Assembly: GCA_964016885.1 (NCBI GenBank)
Contig: OZ024743.1
Coordinates: 53,320,001-53,384,000, forward strand
Length of the DNA stretch: 64,000 nucleotides
Reading direction: 5' to 3'
Source of the DNA: Eledone cirrhosa
Taxonomy: Eukaryota
The position numbers were made by a program, and so were the translations under genes. The notes below the pieces were generated by a model. The model was not told the origin of the DNA. It worked only from the letters and a program-made list of their open reading frames with translations, and did no database searches. Of this stretch, positions 12,805 to 26,007 are shown piece after piece. Numbering within the stretch: the stretch's first letter is position 1; each line of letters opens with the position of its first letter.

Positions 12805-14166
12805 TGAGAAGTACCTAGCTAAAGGTAAACCGCTCTACTTAGCTTTTGTCGACTTGGAGAAAGCCTTCGACAGAGTCCCCCGCTCCATTATCTGGTGGGC
12901 TCTTAGAAAACTAGGCGTTGACGAATGGCTTGTGAGAGCTATACAAGCCATGTATAAAGAAACAGTCAGCAAGGTTAGAATTAACAACGAATATAGTGAA
13001 GAGTTTAGCGTAAAAGTTGGCGTCCATCAGGGCTCTGTTCTCAGCCCCCTACTATTTATTATTGCCCTTCAGGCTATAACAGAGGAGTTCAAGACCGGCT
13101 GCCCATGGGAACTCCTATACGCAGACGACCTGACACTCATAGCGGAATCAATGGCCGAGCTAGAGAAGAAATTCCAAACATGGAAGCACGGCCTAGAATC
13201 AAAAGGACTTAAAATTAACCTGGCTAAGACTAAAGTTCTAGTTTGTAGGAAAGAAAATAAGGCGGCGGTCCCTTCTGGGAAATGGTCGTGCTCGGTGTGT
13301 AGGAAAGGCGTAGGTAGAAACTCCATTGTATGTCCTAAATGCAAAGTATGGGTGCATAAAAGATGTAGTGGGATCACAGGTAAACTAACTAAGAACATAG
13401 ATTTTACATGTGGCCGGTGCTCTGGTGCAATAAGTAGCAGCAAGTGCCCACAAAATACTAGCTCTTTCAATTGCGCAGAGGGTTCTATAGAAATAGTGGA
13501 CAGCTTCCGTTACCTGGGTGATAAAATCAGCAGTGGGGGAGGGTGCTCTGAAAGTACAGTAGCTAGAGTCAGAACTGGTTGGAAAAAGTTCAGAGAGCTT
13601 ATACCACTATTAGCTGCTAAAGGGTTCTCCCTAAAAATGAAAGGCAGGTTGTACGATGCCTGCATACGAACAGCAATGTTGCATGGCAGTGAGACCTGGG
13701 CACTGTGTGCAGAGGATATACGCAGACTAGAGAGGAACGAAGCTTGCATGCTCCGCTGGATGTGTAACAGTAATATACGTGAACGGCAAAGCATAAACGA
13801 ACTAAGGAAAAAATTAGAAATAAGAGGGATCAGATGTTGTTTACTCGAGAGAAGGCTACGTTGGTATGGACACGTGATGCGCATGAAAGTCGATAGCTGT
13901 ATAACAAAGTGCAGGGCAATAAAGATAGACGGTAGCCACGGAATAGGCAGACCTAGAAAAACCTGGGACGAGCTGATAAACTCCGACCTCACACACTTAC
14001 ACCTCTTCAAGACAATATCACTGGACCGAGACCTTTGGCGGTACTCAGTAACAGAGAAGACCCGCCTTACCTAAATACATAGTAAAACCTACTACAGCCA
14101 GTAGGCATCTCTAACATGCAAGCGTGGAACACAGACGTTAAACGTTGATGATGATGATGATGATGA
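12805..14166 (+). mobile_element. RTE-clade LINE, 5'-truncated, intact RT C-terminal ORF with embedded PHD-like finger
   Basis: ORF to 14074: AFVDLEKAFDRV, GVHQGSVLSPLLF, LLYADD, YLG, RRLRWYGH, GRPRKTW; (GAT)n tail. The first ~20 aa of the listed ORF are flanking sequence. Confidence 0.95.
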
Positions 14167-15454
14167 TTAATATGTGTAGAAGTAAACACAGTAAATCCCG
14201 TGTCTAAAATTACGAGGGTAGATTACACCACAAATGTTATATATCATTCAACCTGAATCATATGGGATGTTACAAGATTTCTTACAAGATTTCTCATACA
14301 TACCATATCAATAACCATTTCATCTCCCGGACAGACTAAAGATTTAATCTGTTTCGCCCTGAATGAATCGTGTTTGTAACAAGTAATCCGTAGGCATTTC
14401 GTCAGCGAGAGATAAGATTAAATGTTACACAACACCTATAACGATAAACTCACTAAAGTTTATATCTCGTCCATTGAAATTCATATGCGATGCGAGTGGT
14501 TATGCTAGAAATAATAGCCTATTTACACTCATTTTTATAAGTTCAACAGATAAGGAGCCGAAATACAAATAAAATATAGAGTTATTAACTCATATAGATA
14601 CCCTGCAATTAACAAGCTCAAAGTATAAATAATGAGCATTATAATGTTAACGTGGGGTAATTCGCAGTTCTCAGAGTGCGCCTGAAAATGATAGCGACCC
14701 TTTGCTAGGTGTGTTTATGGCAGATCAATTTTTTGTGTGGAACTATCAATAGCTGTTTAAGTCATAAGTCCTTCTTCCATCCAGCTTTCTTCATTCAGAG
14801 TGAATAAGCTGGGGAAGTTTGAGCTGGAAGAGTATTGAACTTATTCAACAAACTTATGTATAAGAATAGCAAACTTACTGCCTTAGCACTCAAGAACAAA
14901 CACAGAACAATGGAGGAAGTCATTGCAATTATTGAAGAAATTATAACCGAGTGAACATATTCAGGTACTGTTCAAGTACTCTGTATATCACCGTTTGTTA
15001 AGCCCTTCGAATGACTAAAGCAATTTAATAAAACTATCCCGTTTTCCTCCTATAGTAGACATAACCTGAGAAAACACACCATAATAAGTTGGATAAACAA
15101 TCAGAAGTGTTGGCTCTAAAGAGGGCGTTGTAACGTTCACTGTTGCAAAGTGTCAATACTAGGGGAGAAGTTACATCTTCTTAATTCATGTTAATCTTCC
15201 CACGATCCGACACATCAAAATAAACTCTACTCTCAAAGACGGCATGTTACAATTAACATGCCGGCAGTACGAATATTTGTCAACATACAATTTGGGTTTT
15301 ATTCTTCGGACTAATCTCATGGTAAGCCAACTTCCAAGTTGATCATCACACTTTTTTGTAACTTATCACCGATTCCTGCAGTTGACCTTAATGTGACCTA
15401 AGCATGTGCACATGTTCAGAATCTATATCAATGGATGTAATATATATATATATA

Positions 15455-15645
15455 AAATTGATGGAAGTTACAGGGTAGGTAGACCCAGAAAAACCTGGGA
15501 CGATTTGATAAATTCCGACCTTACACACTTGCACCTCTTTAAGCCAATGTCACTGGACCGAGATCTTTGGCGCCACACAGTAATACAGAAGACCCGCCTT
15601 GCCTATGTACAAAGTGAAAGCTACAGTCAGTAGGCACCTCTTAAC
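15455..15645 (+). mobile_element. RTE LINE 3' fragment
   Basis: KIDGSYRVGRPRKTWDDLINSDLTHLHLFK, closely similar to 13920-14110. Confidence 0.85.
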
Positions 15646-15981
15646 CAAATATACACCCAATCCACTACCCCTACTCCATCCTCCCACTCTCACCAACACC
15701 ACCCTCTCTCTGTAAATAAATGAGATAATGAGATTGAGATTGTGTAGGTGTCACAACAAAAAAAAACACACAGTCCATGCTGTAATGTGGCCGTGCAGGT
15801 AACACGGTAAAAAGTTCCCAGTTCCACACTGTAAATGTGGTTGGTGTTAGGAAGGGCATCCAACCGTAGAAAACTTGCCAGATAGTCCTATATGAGCGAG
15901 ACACGGTCACCCGACCAACCTTGCCTCAAATTGGGACAACTCCTGTCTAACCCATGCAAGCGTGGAAGATAGACGTTAAAC

Positions 15982-16014
<33 letters not shown>

Positions 16015-17542
16015 ATATACACAGAGACATCTGTTCAGTCGTCAACCAAAATCAGATTGTCGTCTGCTTTGTTTGAAATTTCTATATGTATATTTCTAAT
16101 AAGTTGTTGCCTTGTTTTGGAAGACTGAGTTGTGGGAGGAGGAAGGGGAGTAATGGGAGGGAGAGTTTAACATACAGTAGTAGTATCTCCTCTTCCCCAT
16201 CTCTCACTGAAATGTCTTCTCTTTCTTCCTCCATTGTAAAGATGTCCCCAAGGGTTCCATTATTGATTTTTATTGAAATCCAATTAGCCAGTCCTGTTTC
16301 TGAATATTAGCTTAACATGTGTGTAAAATGTCATTAGGATCAGATCACCAGTGTAGGCACCAACTGGTTATACACAGATACACAGACAGACAGAAATTGC
16401 CATTTATATATAGTAGATATATATATACAACTAGCTAGATATTTAGATTGTACATTTGCAATGAAATGGATGAGGTTTGATATTGACACATCTGCTACAT
16501 AATAAAAAAGGAAGAAAGCAAATGAAAGAAACAAAAACAAACAAAAATTGATATTAGGCACAAGATAAAGATAATGAAGATCTTTGAAATAAAATTAAAT
16601 AGAAAGAACAATGATCAAATAATTGTTTTAAAGTAAAATGAATCAATATCCTGGCAATATTAATATTAAGATAATATGTTGCTTTTGATTCTTTAACAAA
16701 AGACTGCATAAACACACCAGAAATGATGTACCACGAAAGATGTACAGTGTGTTAAATTGATGAATCTGTTGTACCACAGATGAATGCAGAAGATGCATTC
16801 AATCTAACAAACACCGTACACTTCTTAACAGTAGGTATGTGTGTAACTGGGAGATTGTGTATCTAAATGTAGCTAATTAGCTTGCCTTATCTCAGGCTGG
16901 AGTGTCTGTTATTTTGCTAATTGTGGAAGGGGCACATTATAATAATTGGAAAGTTGCCCATCTCTTTGATGGAGCTGTAGTCTCAGGCCAAAACAAAGAG
17001 AGGCATTTGGAATGTGATAAGCTGCTCAAACTTCTCTATTTTACAGCCCTTATATTATACTGATTTCTTATCTGGACACACTTCTAGCAAATCAAGAGGA
17101 AGGGCAAAGTTTATTAAATTAGCCCAGTACTTGACTGGTACCTTATTTTATCTACCCTGAAAAAAAAATGAAAGACAAAGTTGACCTCCGCAGTATTTGA
17201 ATGCAGAATGTAACGCAGCAGAAAAAATATAGCAATGAGCAAATGTCTTTTACTATAGCTTTGGGTCAACCAATTCCTTGCAAGCGAACATGGATAGATG
17301 GAAACTGTATGGAAGCCCAATTGAAGGATTGTACATTTAACTGGGCCAGCTTTGTCACACACTGAGTCTCACTGAATTTCCCTGAGCAGGTTGTTCGGTT
17401 TATTATCAAACAATTATCAAAACTGATTGAGGTCTATCGAGTATCACTCTTTTATCTTTGAGTTTTAGAATCTATATCTTAAAATGAATGAATCTAATCC
17501 AAAATAAATCTTGCTATAATTATATATTTTTTTTCCTTTCAG

Positions 17543-17594
17543 ATTCACGAATATAAGGACCAGCATAGCTTGCCTAAGGGAGAAATCAGATTAA
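17543..17594 (+). CDS. LRR-containing protein, probable terminal coding exon (FTNIRTSIACLREKSD*)
   Basis: Strong acceptor TTTTTTTTCCTTTCAG; phase 2 matches the exon D donor; ends at TAA. Confidence 0.55.
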
Positions 17595-17784
17595 ACAAAC
17601 AAAGATGGCTACTCCTACAAGCAAAAGATCAAATATATTTGAAATTAGTTTTTGCCCTTTTACATGTTTCAGCCAGTAAATTGTGACTCTCCTGGCGCAC
17701 CACCTGGATTTACTCAATCAGACTGACAATAGCACTTGTTTTTCAATCCACTTTTTGTTAAACTGCTAACATATATACTGAAAA

Positions 17785-17930
17785 CATACATACATACATA
17801 CGTACATACATACATACATACATACATACATACATACATACATACATACATACATACATACATACATACATACATACATACATACATACATACATACATA
17901 CATACATACATACGTACGTACGTACATACA
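17785..17930. repeat. (TACA)n microsatellite
   Basis: Direct inspection. Confidence 0.95.
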
Positions 17931-18572
17931 TATATTTACATTTGTTTATACATACCTACATAAACACATGCATAACAACATAACATAACATACATACATC
18001 ATATATTTATATTTGTTCATGACATGGTATAAAAACAATATGGCAGAGAATCCTTATAATATATATATGTGCATATATGATCTTACACAGTTTCTATCTA
18101 CCAAATCTAGCCACAAAGCACTACTCAACCTGAGGTTATTATAGAAGATACTTTTCTAAGAGGTAACATGGCAGGACTGAATCCAGAACCAGCTGCTAAC
18201 TCTTTAAACTTCGTAACCACACAGCTATGACTGTGCTTATGGAAATAAATTGATTTGCATTCTTTGTCATTATTTTCAAAATATATATATACAATCACTT
18301 GTTCACAAATACATAGATGCAAGACATAAATATATATACATACATACATAGATACATACATGCAAACATACAAACTTACAGGCATACATACATACAAATA
18401 TACAGACATACACATATATATACATACATACATACATGCATACAAACATACATACAAACAGACACACATACACATTATGTACATGTATACAAACATACAA
18501 ACATACACGTATATGTACATACATGCATACATAGATACATGTATATATACATATAAACACACACATATACAT

Positions 18573-18915
18573 ATGGATGTGCGTGAACGACCCAGCATGG
18601 ATGTGTTGAGAGAGAAACTGGGTATAAGAGGGATAAGTTATAGTGTGCGGGAGAGAAGACTGAGATGGTATGGATATGTGATGCACATGGAGGATGACCG
18701 CTGGGTAAAGGAGTGCCAAGAAATCCCAGTAGAAGGAAGACGCAGTTTAGGTAGACCACGAAAAATATGGGTGGAGGAGGTGAGAGCAGACCTCAGATCG
18801 CTGAAGCTCATGGGGGAGATGACAAAGGACCGTGACAAGTGGAGAGATGCTGTACTGAGGGATCCGTCCCACCCTTGCAGGGAAAAGCGGACGTAAAAGG
18901 ATGATGATGATGATG
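18573..18915 (+). mobile_element. RTE LINE 3' end
   Basis: LREKLGIRGI...RRLRWYG...GRPRKIW, (GAT)n tail. Confidence 0.9.
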
Positions 18916-19159
18916 AAATGCATGAGTGAATTTGCAATTGAAATTGGCTTGCTATCTTATAGCTAGAGTTGTTATGCCTTCACCTTAATATGGCTGTGTT
19001 ATTCTATCATGTACAGGAAACTCTACCATTTCTATCACTAGCTATTGTCTATTAATTTATAGTTCTAGTTGTCTGTCTGTCTGTCTATTTTCCTTCAGCA
19101 CAATTCTCGTAAAGTGTATTGTCTTTCTGTGGACAACATATGTTATGTTATGTTATGTT

Positions 19160-22100
19160 TGTATGTTCTTCTGGTTTTATAATTTCACAAATGTTTACCA
19201 ATAGAGAGAGAGTCGGTTTCTAACATAGATACAAGACTCTCTCATTGGAATTTACACAACATCAACTAGGTAGGTATGTCTGCATGTCTGCATGTGTAGA
19301 TATGGATGTTATTGTATGTGTGTATGTGTATGTTTTGAGTTGTATGTGTGCATGTGTATATGCTGTGTATATGCAGTTATTAGATGCAACATTTTTGGAA
19401 TGTTTTACATATTTTTACTGTTCCATTAATGGATTGTACTTGTAATTTCCTAACTAGTTGTGTTCTTTCTGTTCCTGTGAAGCCTAGCTTCTCAAGATTT
19501 GTATTGAGGCAGTTACTAACATACCCCAGTGCCCCAATAATCACAGGCATGAATCTGAAGGTGTAATCAGGGAGGAGTATCTGCAGATTTCTCATCAGTT
19601 CTGCATAAATATTCTCCTTTTTGCTAATCTTTGATATTATATTAGCATCTGCTAGGCAGCTAATTTCCACTACTGTGCATGCTTTCTTCTCCCTGTCCCA
19701 TATCATAATATCTGGTATGTTATGCCTTCATTTTATTGGGGTTTTTACTGGAACATTCCACCAGTACTCTTTCATATTATGTACATGGATGTCTTCCACA
19801 TTGCTGTATCTTTTGTGAATCAGGTATTTTGTGTTAATCTCCTGTTCTTGGATTGCAAAAGCGTATCCTTCAAAGTGGGAGCCAATATAGCGGTTGTTGG
19901 TCCAAGATAGACTACTTTCCTTATCTATATTACTCTCATTCTGAAGCTTCCTGGCAACATATCCATGAATGATTTTTTGCTGATAAGCATGCAGTTTTTC
20001 ATCCATGGACTTACTGTGATACTGCTGAGCGACTTCCTTGGGTGTGAGTTTTTGATTATCATACAAGGAATATCTCTCGAGGAGTTCCTTCCCAACTCTC
20101 ATGATCTTATCTGTTTCATGCAGATAGACTTGCTCGAGAAACGGGATCCTACGCTTCGAGGTTCATAGATGTTGTCGGAGAGATATGATGCAACTTTCAA
20201 ATGTTGTCTGGACTGATGTTAGGCCTCTGCCTCCCTGTTTATGTTTCAAGTAAAGGCGGCCTATGTCACTGTTGATGTGGAAGTTTCCGGTGTTGTTTAG
20301 TATTTTTCGAGTTCCAACATCAACTGCTTGGATTTCGTCTATCGTCCAATTGAGTATTCCAAACAGTGTTAGGACAGACACAGCAAACACATTGTGAACC
20401 ACTGTTTTGTTTTGCGTAGAGAGTTCCGATGACCAGATCTTTCTTAATCGGGTGTAGTATTCCCTGGTTATGCATTCTTTATTACAGATACCATTATAGG
20501 ATATGTTCTCATCTATCCCCAGGTATCTGTAGCAGTCCTCATCAGATATCGGTGGAACAGTTAGGCCATTGATGACAATGTTGCTAGATTGGGTTGTTGT
20601 TTTTCCCCGTTTTACAGTCATGTATGAGCATTTATCTTGGCCAAACTCCATTTCTTTGAGAACATTGTAACCAGGTCAAGATTTTTCTTCATCCCATCCA
20701 TGTCCTTGGCATAGAGTTTCAGATCGTTCACAAAGAAATTATGGGTTAGGTTCGTATTTCTGTCCTCCCGTGAGCCAATGATGTATCCCTCACATTTCTT
20801 GAGCAGAAAGGACAAGGGGTTTAATGACAAGATGAATAATATCACAGAGAGACTGTCCCCCTGAAATATACTCCTGCAATATTTTATTTTATCAGTGAAA
20901 ATAGAGTCCTCCCTCTCTGTCTTTAACCTTAGGATAGTAGCCCAAGAAGAAGGCAGCCTCTCTATGGCTCTGACAATAATATCTGGGACTTTAGCAAGTT
21001 GGAGGGCCTCTATCATCCAAGAGTAGGGAACAGAATCGAAAGCTTTCCTGTAGTTGAGCCAGACTGTAGCCATATTCCTCCTAAGTTGTCGCACCTCCGA
21101 CATCGCAGTTTTGTTGATTAGGAGTTGTTCAGCACATCCCCAAATCCCTTTCTTTCTAGCTGCTTGTTCATCTGTGATGATGTTATTATTTTCACAGTGA
21201 TCTTGGAGGAATAGGTTCAGGCAGGCTGTATACATCTTATACATCAGGTTCTGGCATGCAATGGGTCGGTAGTTTTTTGCCAAGTGGGTGTCTTTGTTCT
21301 TGGGGACCAGTAATGTTTGTGCTAATGTCAACCATTCTGGTATAAGTGTATCTTCCTTAAGAACTTGTTGGTAGAGGTCAGTAAGATACCTCCAATAGAA
21401 TATCAGTTGTTTGTACCTGTAGCCGACAATCATGTCTCTTCCTGGTGTTTTCTTATCTTGGAGTTTTCCTATCACAGTCTCAAGGGTACCCTCACTTATT
21501 TCGTATGTTTTTTTTTGTAGTGTAGGAGCAATAGTTCTTTCGGATTTCTCTTAGCCACACTGCATCTTGGTTGAAATTCTTCTTTTCACCCCATATTTTG
21601 CTCCAAAAGGAATCTATGTCTTTCTGGGATGGAGCCTCAGTGACACTTATTATTTTGTTCTTCATATTTCTATAGACTGATGTTTGGTTTCGTCTGAATC
21701 TTTTATTAATCACTTTTCTCTCATCCACTTTCTTCAGGTAACAGCTCTCAATTCTTGTTTGAGGGTGATCAGCTTATATTGAAGAGTTCTGGTTCTACTG
21801 TTACCAAACATCGTCTCTTTTATTTTTCACTCTTTGTTGTTGAGGAGTGAGGATTTTTTGTGTTTGCTTGCATGTAAGGAGCATTGTAACATATCCTATG
21901 TTTTTTCGTAGGTCAGCAATCTTTTTTTCTATTTTAGCTATATATGATGGTATTTTTGGTGGTGTTCTGTTCTTGTTAATATCTCTGCTATCACCAAGAT
22001 AAGGCTCCACTGTCGTTGCTAAGGCATATAAACAGGCGTTGATTTGCTAAAATGTTGAGGTTTTTATCCGTCGTAAATATTCACCCCCTATTTCGTCAAC

Positions 22101-22470
22101 AACACGTAATATTTCATTATTTGTTTTTTTATTAAACATTGTCGTTTTAATACGTTCAGCAAAAGAGATATTTATACATGAATTAATTTCTCTCTGGAAG
22201 ATTCCGTTGAGGGAAATTTTCAATTGTTTATACTTTTGATTATTATCATTATCGATAGTATTTTCCACAACAGTCGAGGTAGACTCGGATAGCACACGTG
22301 GTGTCAATTTTTTTCGATTATTATTATTATTTCTTCGATTATTATTATTATCATCGATAGTGTTTTCCCCAGCATTCGAGGTAGACTTAGATGGTACAGA
22401 TGGTGTCAAGTTTCTTACAGGCATAGTTGTTTTAAGGCGCTGTTCGACTTGGCTGCTAGGAAGTCTAGTT
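19160..22470 (-). mobile_element. R4/Dong-like non-LTR retrotransposon (RT + restriction-like endonuclease), family 1, decayed near-full-length copy
   Basis: Broken ORFs 22424 to 19380: NYRPIAC, GCAEQL, YRKAFDSVP, IFQGDSLS, FVNDLKLY, YRYLG, GGRGL, then RLE tail PD.MIWD...VEIS...K; (TATG)n at both ends. Confidence 0.9.
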
Positions 22471-22484
22471 GCATGTATGTATGT

Positions 22485-22802
22485 ATGTTGACTTGTTCTT
22501 CTTTTTGGTAAATATCATCTTGGTTAAGAGAGTGGGACTGGCTTTGTGCAGTGCCTTTGCTCACTATAAAAGCTTCACGACACAGGCATTGTTTTATATC
22601 TGGAGATCTCTCTGCACTTGTCGTCACATGGTACCATGGACCCAGCACTATGTGTCAATAATTGTCATAAGTGTAGTGTTTGTACCAGAGTTTTCAAGTC
22701 GCTGGCTGGACTAAAAAGTCACACTCCTTCAGCGCATCGGCAGGGGTTCTCCTACATGGATATAAAGTAGTGGCCGTACTCGAAAACGAGTTGGCAGCCA
22801 CC
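22485..22802 (+). mobile_element. Non-autonomous RTE-derived element, copy 3 (3' half)
   Basis: Matches 7280-7597; (ATGT)n on both sides. Confidence 0.85.
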
Positions 22803-22819
22803 ATGTATGTATGTATGTT

Positions 22820-25012
22820 ATCTCTTTCTCTTAATTTCGAGTATATTTTTTTTGACCGGCCACCTTCCTGGTGGCAAGGTTGTAAAAGAAAAGAAATTGT
22901 CATCCCTTGAATCGCAAGAATGTTTTGCAAATTTTGAAGGTGCCAGCTATCGTAGCCATTTGTAGACTATGAATTAGGGAGCTGCGTTTTTTGTCCGCAA
23001 ATCCAAGTTCAGTCATACTTTGGTCCAAGCGGGTTGGTATATAACCCGTAGCTCCAATAATGATGGGTATGAAGCTAAAAGTGTATCTTGGATACTGGAT
23101 CTGTAAACTCCTCATCAATGGTCCGTAGATGTCCTCCTTCTCCTGTATTTTTCTGACAACGTTTACATCAAGTGGGAAGTTGATCTCCACAACAGAACAC
23201 GTTTTCAATGTGTGGTCCCAAACAACAATATCAGGCCGGTTGTGCTTTAATTTGGTGGCAGTTTTTATTTTCAGGTTCCACCAGTATTCCTTAGTGCCAT
23301 CTGTCTCAATATATTCTTCCTCGTTTGTTGTTAATTTTGTTTTCCGAAGTGCGTTCCAGATGGTTCTAGCTATCCCATCGTGTCTCATGGGGAGGTAGTA
23401 GCGAGATGACATTCTTTCGCAGCTGGCAACAATGTGGCTTACATCCTCGATCTTTGTTTTACATAGCCTACATTTATTGTCAGCTGATGGCCCTCTTCTT
23501 TTGTGCAGCAGATATTTGGTAGGGAGTTCTTGTTCCTGTATTGCATAGAGATATCCCTCAAGGTGTGATGTCATAAACTTGTCGGAACTCCATGCCAGGC
23601 TTTTTGAGTGGTTTATCCCCTCTATGGTCTGTGTTTTACGTCTCAAGTATCCATGCACAACTTTTTCTGTAAATTGGTCAATTTTTTAATCTTGTTTGAA
23701 CATTGAATAGGATCTTCCGATTTCTCTGGGTGAGAGATTTATATCAGGCTTTATTCCATATCTCTCCTCCAGATCAGTGGCTATCCTAATGATATTTATT
23801 TTTTCATGCTCATAAACCTGGGCAAGATGGTTGCCAACCTTTTTCCTCTGTTGAAGGTGTTGCTTCAGTGTTACTATCCGGGTCTCATGTTGTTAATATT
23901 GATTTTAGACCCCGGCCACCTTCCTTGCGTGAGAAGTATAGCCTATCCACATCATCATCGATGTTAAAGTTCCCAGTAACACTGAGAAGTTTTCGAGTTC
24001 TAATACCCATCTCACTTAGTTCTTGCAATGACCAGTTCAGCAGGACAAATGTTGGCGTTAGAATTGGCACAGCATAAGTATTGTGGGCAATGTATTTGTT
24101 GTACGCTGACAGTTCTGATGACCATATTTTCTTTACTCTTCTGAGGTATTCAGTTCTGGTTCTCTCCTTATTTATGGGTCCATCATATCTGACATTCTCA
24201 TCCTGTCCAAGATATCTGTAGTTGTCACTTGACTGCACAGGTTGTATTGTCAGGCCGTTCATCCCTAGATTTCTAGAGGAGGGCACAGCCCTTCCACGTT
24301 TTACTGCCAAATATGCACACTTGGACTCACCAAATTTCATTTTGATGTCGGTTGAAAATTGTGTCTCAGGGACAAAATTTTGATTTTTAAATTTCGCATA
24401 CACGCTGGTTCAGGCTTTCTGTTTGTATCTTGATTGCGTGGTTTTAGATGTGTGTTATATGATAGCAATGTGACAGCTGAAACATATAACAAAACATTAA
24501 GCGTTTCAAATGTCGTTTCTACACCTTTAGATCGTATAGCCTTCAGATAATTGCCAGCTATTTCGTTCACCGCTTCCAATTCCAATTTAGTGGGTTCTTT
24601 ACTGATTCTGGTGTTGTATGGTCTGTCACTCACATTAAGGCTGTGTATCTCTTGAAACATATCGTCCCATATCACTTGTATGGTGTCCACAAGTTTTTGG
24701 TGCTCTGTTTGTTCAGTAGAGTCATGAATTTCAGCCTCGTTGTTGATGTGGTGACAATTACTACTAGAGTTAGCTGACCTTTCTCGCTGTTCTTCAGTGG
24801 AAGTGGGATAGATTTTAGCAAAATTGTTGGTGAGCTGTTCACTGTTAGATTTAGCTGGCCATTCTCTTTGTCTGTCAGTGGAGGTGGGGTGGTTGTCTAC
24901 AAGGGCTGTATTTGTAGTATCACTCAATTCCGTTAGATGTATCAATTTACATCTAATGATACGTTTTGCCTGTTCATTTAAATGCTTTGGAGAAAAGTCT
25001 AATTCTGGGTGT
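22820..25012 (-). mobile_element. R4/Dong-like retrotransposon, family 2, internally deleted (RT core missing)
   Basis: N-terminal ORF 24945-24337 joins directly to FSTDIKMKFGESKC..YRYLG..GGRGL; ORF 22900-23658 has CCHC (CRLC..HIVASC), RHD and PD..E..K. Confidence 0.9.
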
Positions 25013-25061
25013 TTGTATGTATGTATGTATGTATGTATGTATGTATGTATGTATGTATGTA

Positions 25062-25270
25062 TGTATGTTCTTCTGGTTTTATAATTTCACAAAGTTTTAC
25101 CAATAGAGAGAGAGAGTCGGTTTCTAACATAGACACAAGACTCTCTCATTGGAATTTACACAACATCAACTAGGTAGATATGTATGTATGCATGCATGTG
25201 TAGATATGGATGTTATTGTATGTGTGGATGTGGATGTTTTGAGTTGTATGTGTGCTATGCATGTATGTAT
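25062..25270 (-). mobile_element. R4-like family 1, 3' UTR fragment
   Basis: Matches 19160-19350. Confidence 0.85.
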
Positions 25271-25279
25271 GTGTGTACG

Positions 25280-25311
<32 letters not shown>

Positions 25312-25362
25312 TGTATGTATGTATGTATGTATGTATGTATGTATGTATGTATGTATGTATGT

Positions 25363-25971
25363 GTCAGGTCACCAGTTGCTGCTACTGGTAACATGTATCC
25401 CAGTACAACCTGTCTCATGGTCGGGTCGTTGGCGACTAAACTGGCAACCCCACCAAGGTTTCTTGGTGAGGAGGGTGACTTTGGACATCCTGCAGGACTA
25501 AAAACAAAACCTGTCAAAGGGCAAAGGAGCTCTTAAGAGTCAATGGCCATCCAAAATCACCGGGAGAGATGACCCCTTAGCCTTTGTCAAGACAGAATTC
25601 TAGGAGAAGGAAAACTCTGATATAACACCTGCAACCCTGATGGTATCCAATGATGTTGACTTGTTCTTCTTTTTGGTAAATATCATCTTGGTTAAGAGAG
25701 TGGGACTGGCTTTGTGCAGTGCCTTTGCTCACTATAAAAGCTTCACGGCACAGGCATTGCTTTATATCTGGAGATCTCTCTGCACTTGTCCTCACATGGT
25801 ACCATGGGCCCAGCACTATGTGTCAATAATTGTCACAAGTGTAGTGTTTGTACCAGAGTTTTCAAGTCGCTGGGCTGGACTAAAAAGTCACACTCGTTCA
25901 GCGCTTCGGTAGGGGTTCTCCTACATGGATATAAAGTAGTGGCCGTACTCGAAAACGAGTTGGCAGCCACC
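25363..25971 (+). mobile_element. Non-autonomous RTE-derived element, copy 4 (full length)
   Basis: Colinear with 6992-7597; (ATGT)n on both sides. Confidence 0.88.
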
Positions 25972-26007
25972 ATGTATGTATGTATGTATGTATGTATGTA
26001 TGTATAG

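Noticed and set aside
14170-15430. Unique 1.2-kb segment between two RTE 3' ends as a captured gene
   Set aside because: No ORF, convincing splice pair or recognisable motif found by eye.
16703-16834. Extra exon of the LRR gene (donor AG|GTATGT at 16835)
   Set aside because: All frames from the plausible acceptor hit stops, and the phase does not fit neighbouring exons.
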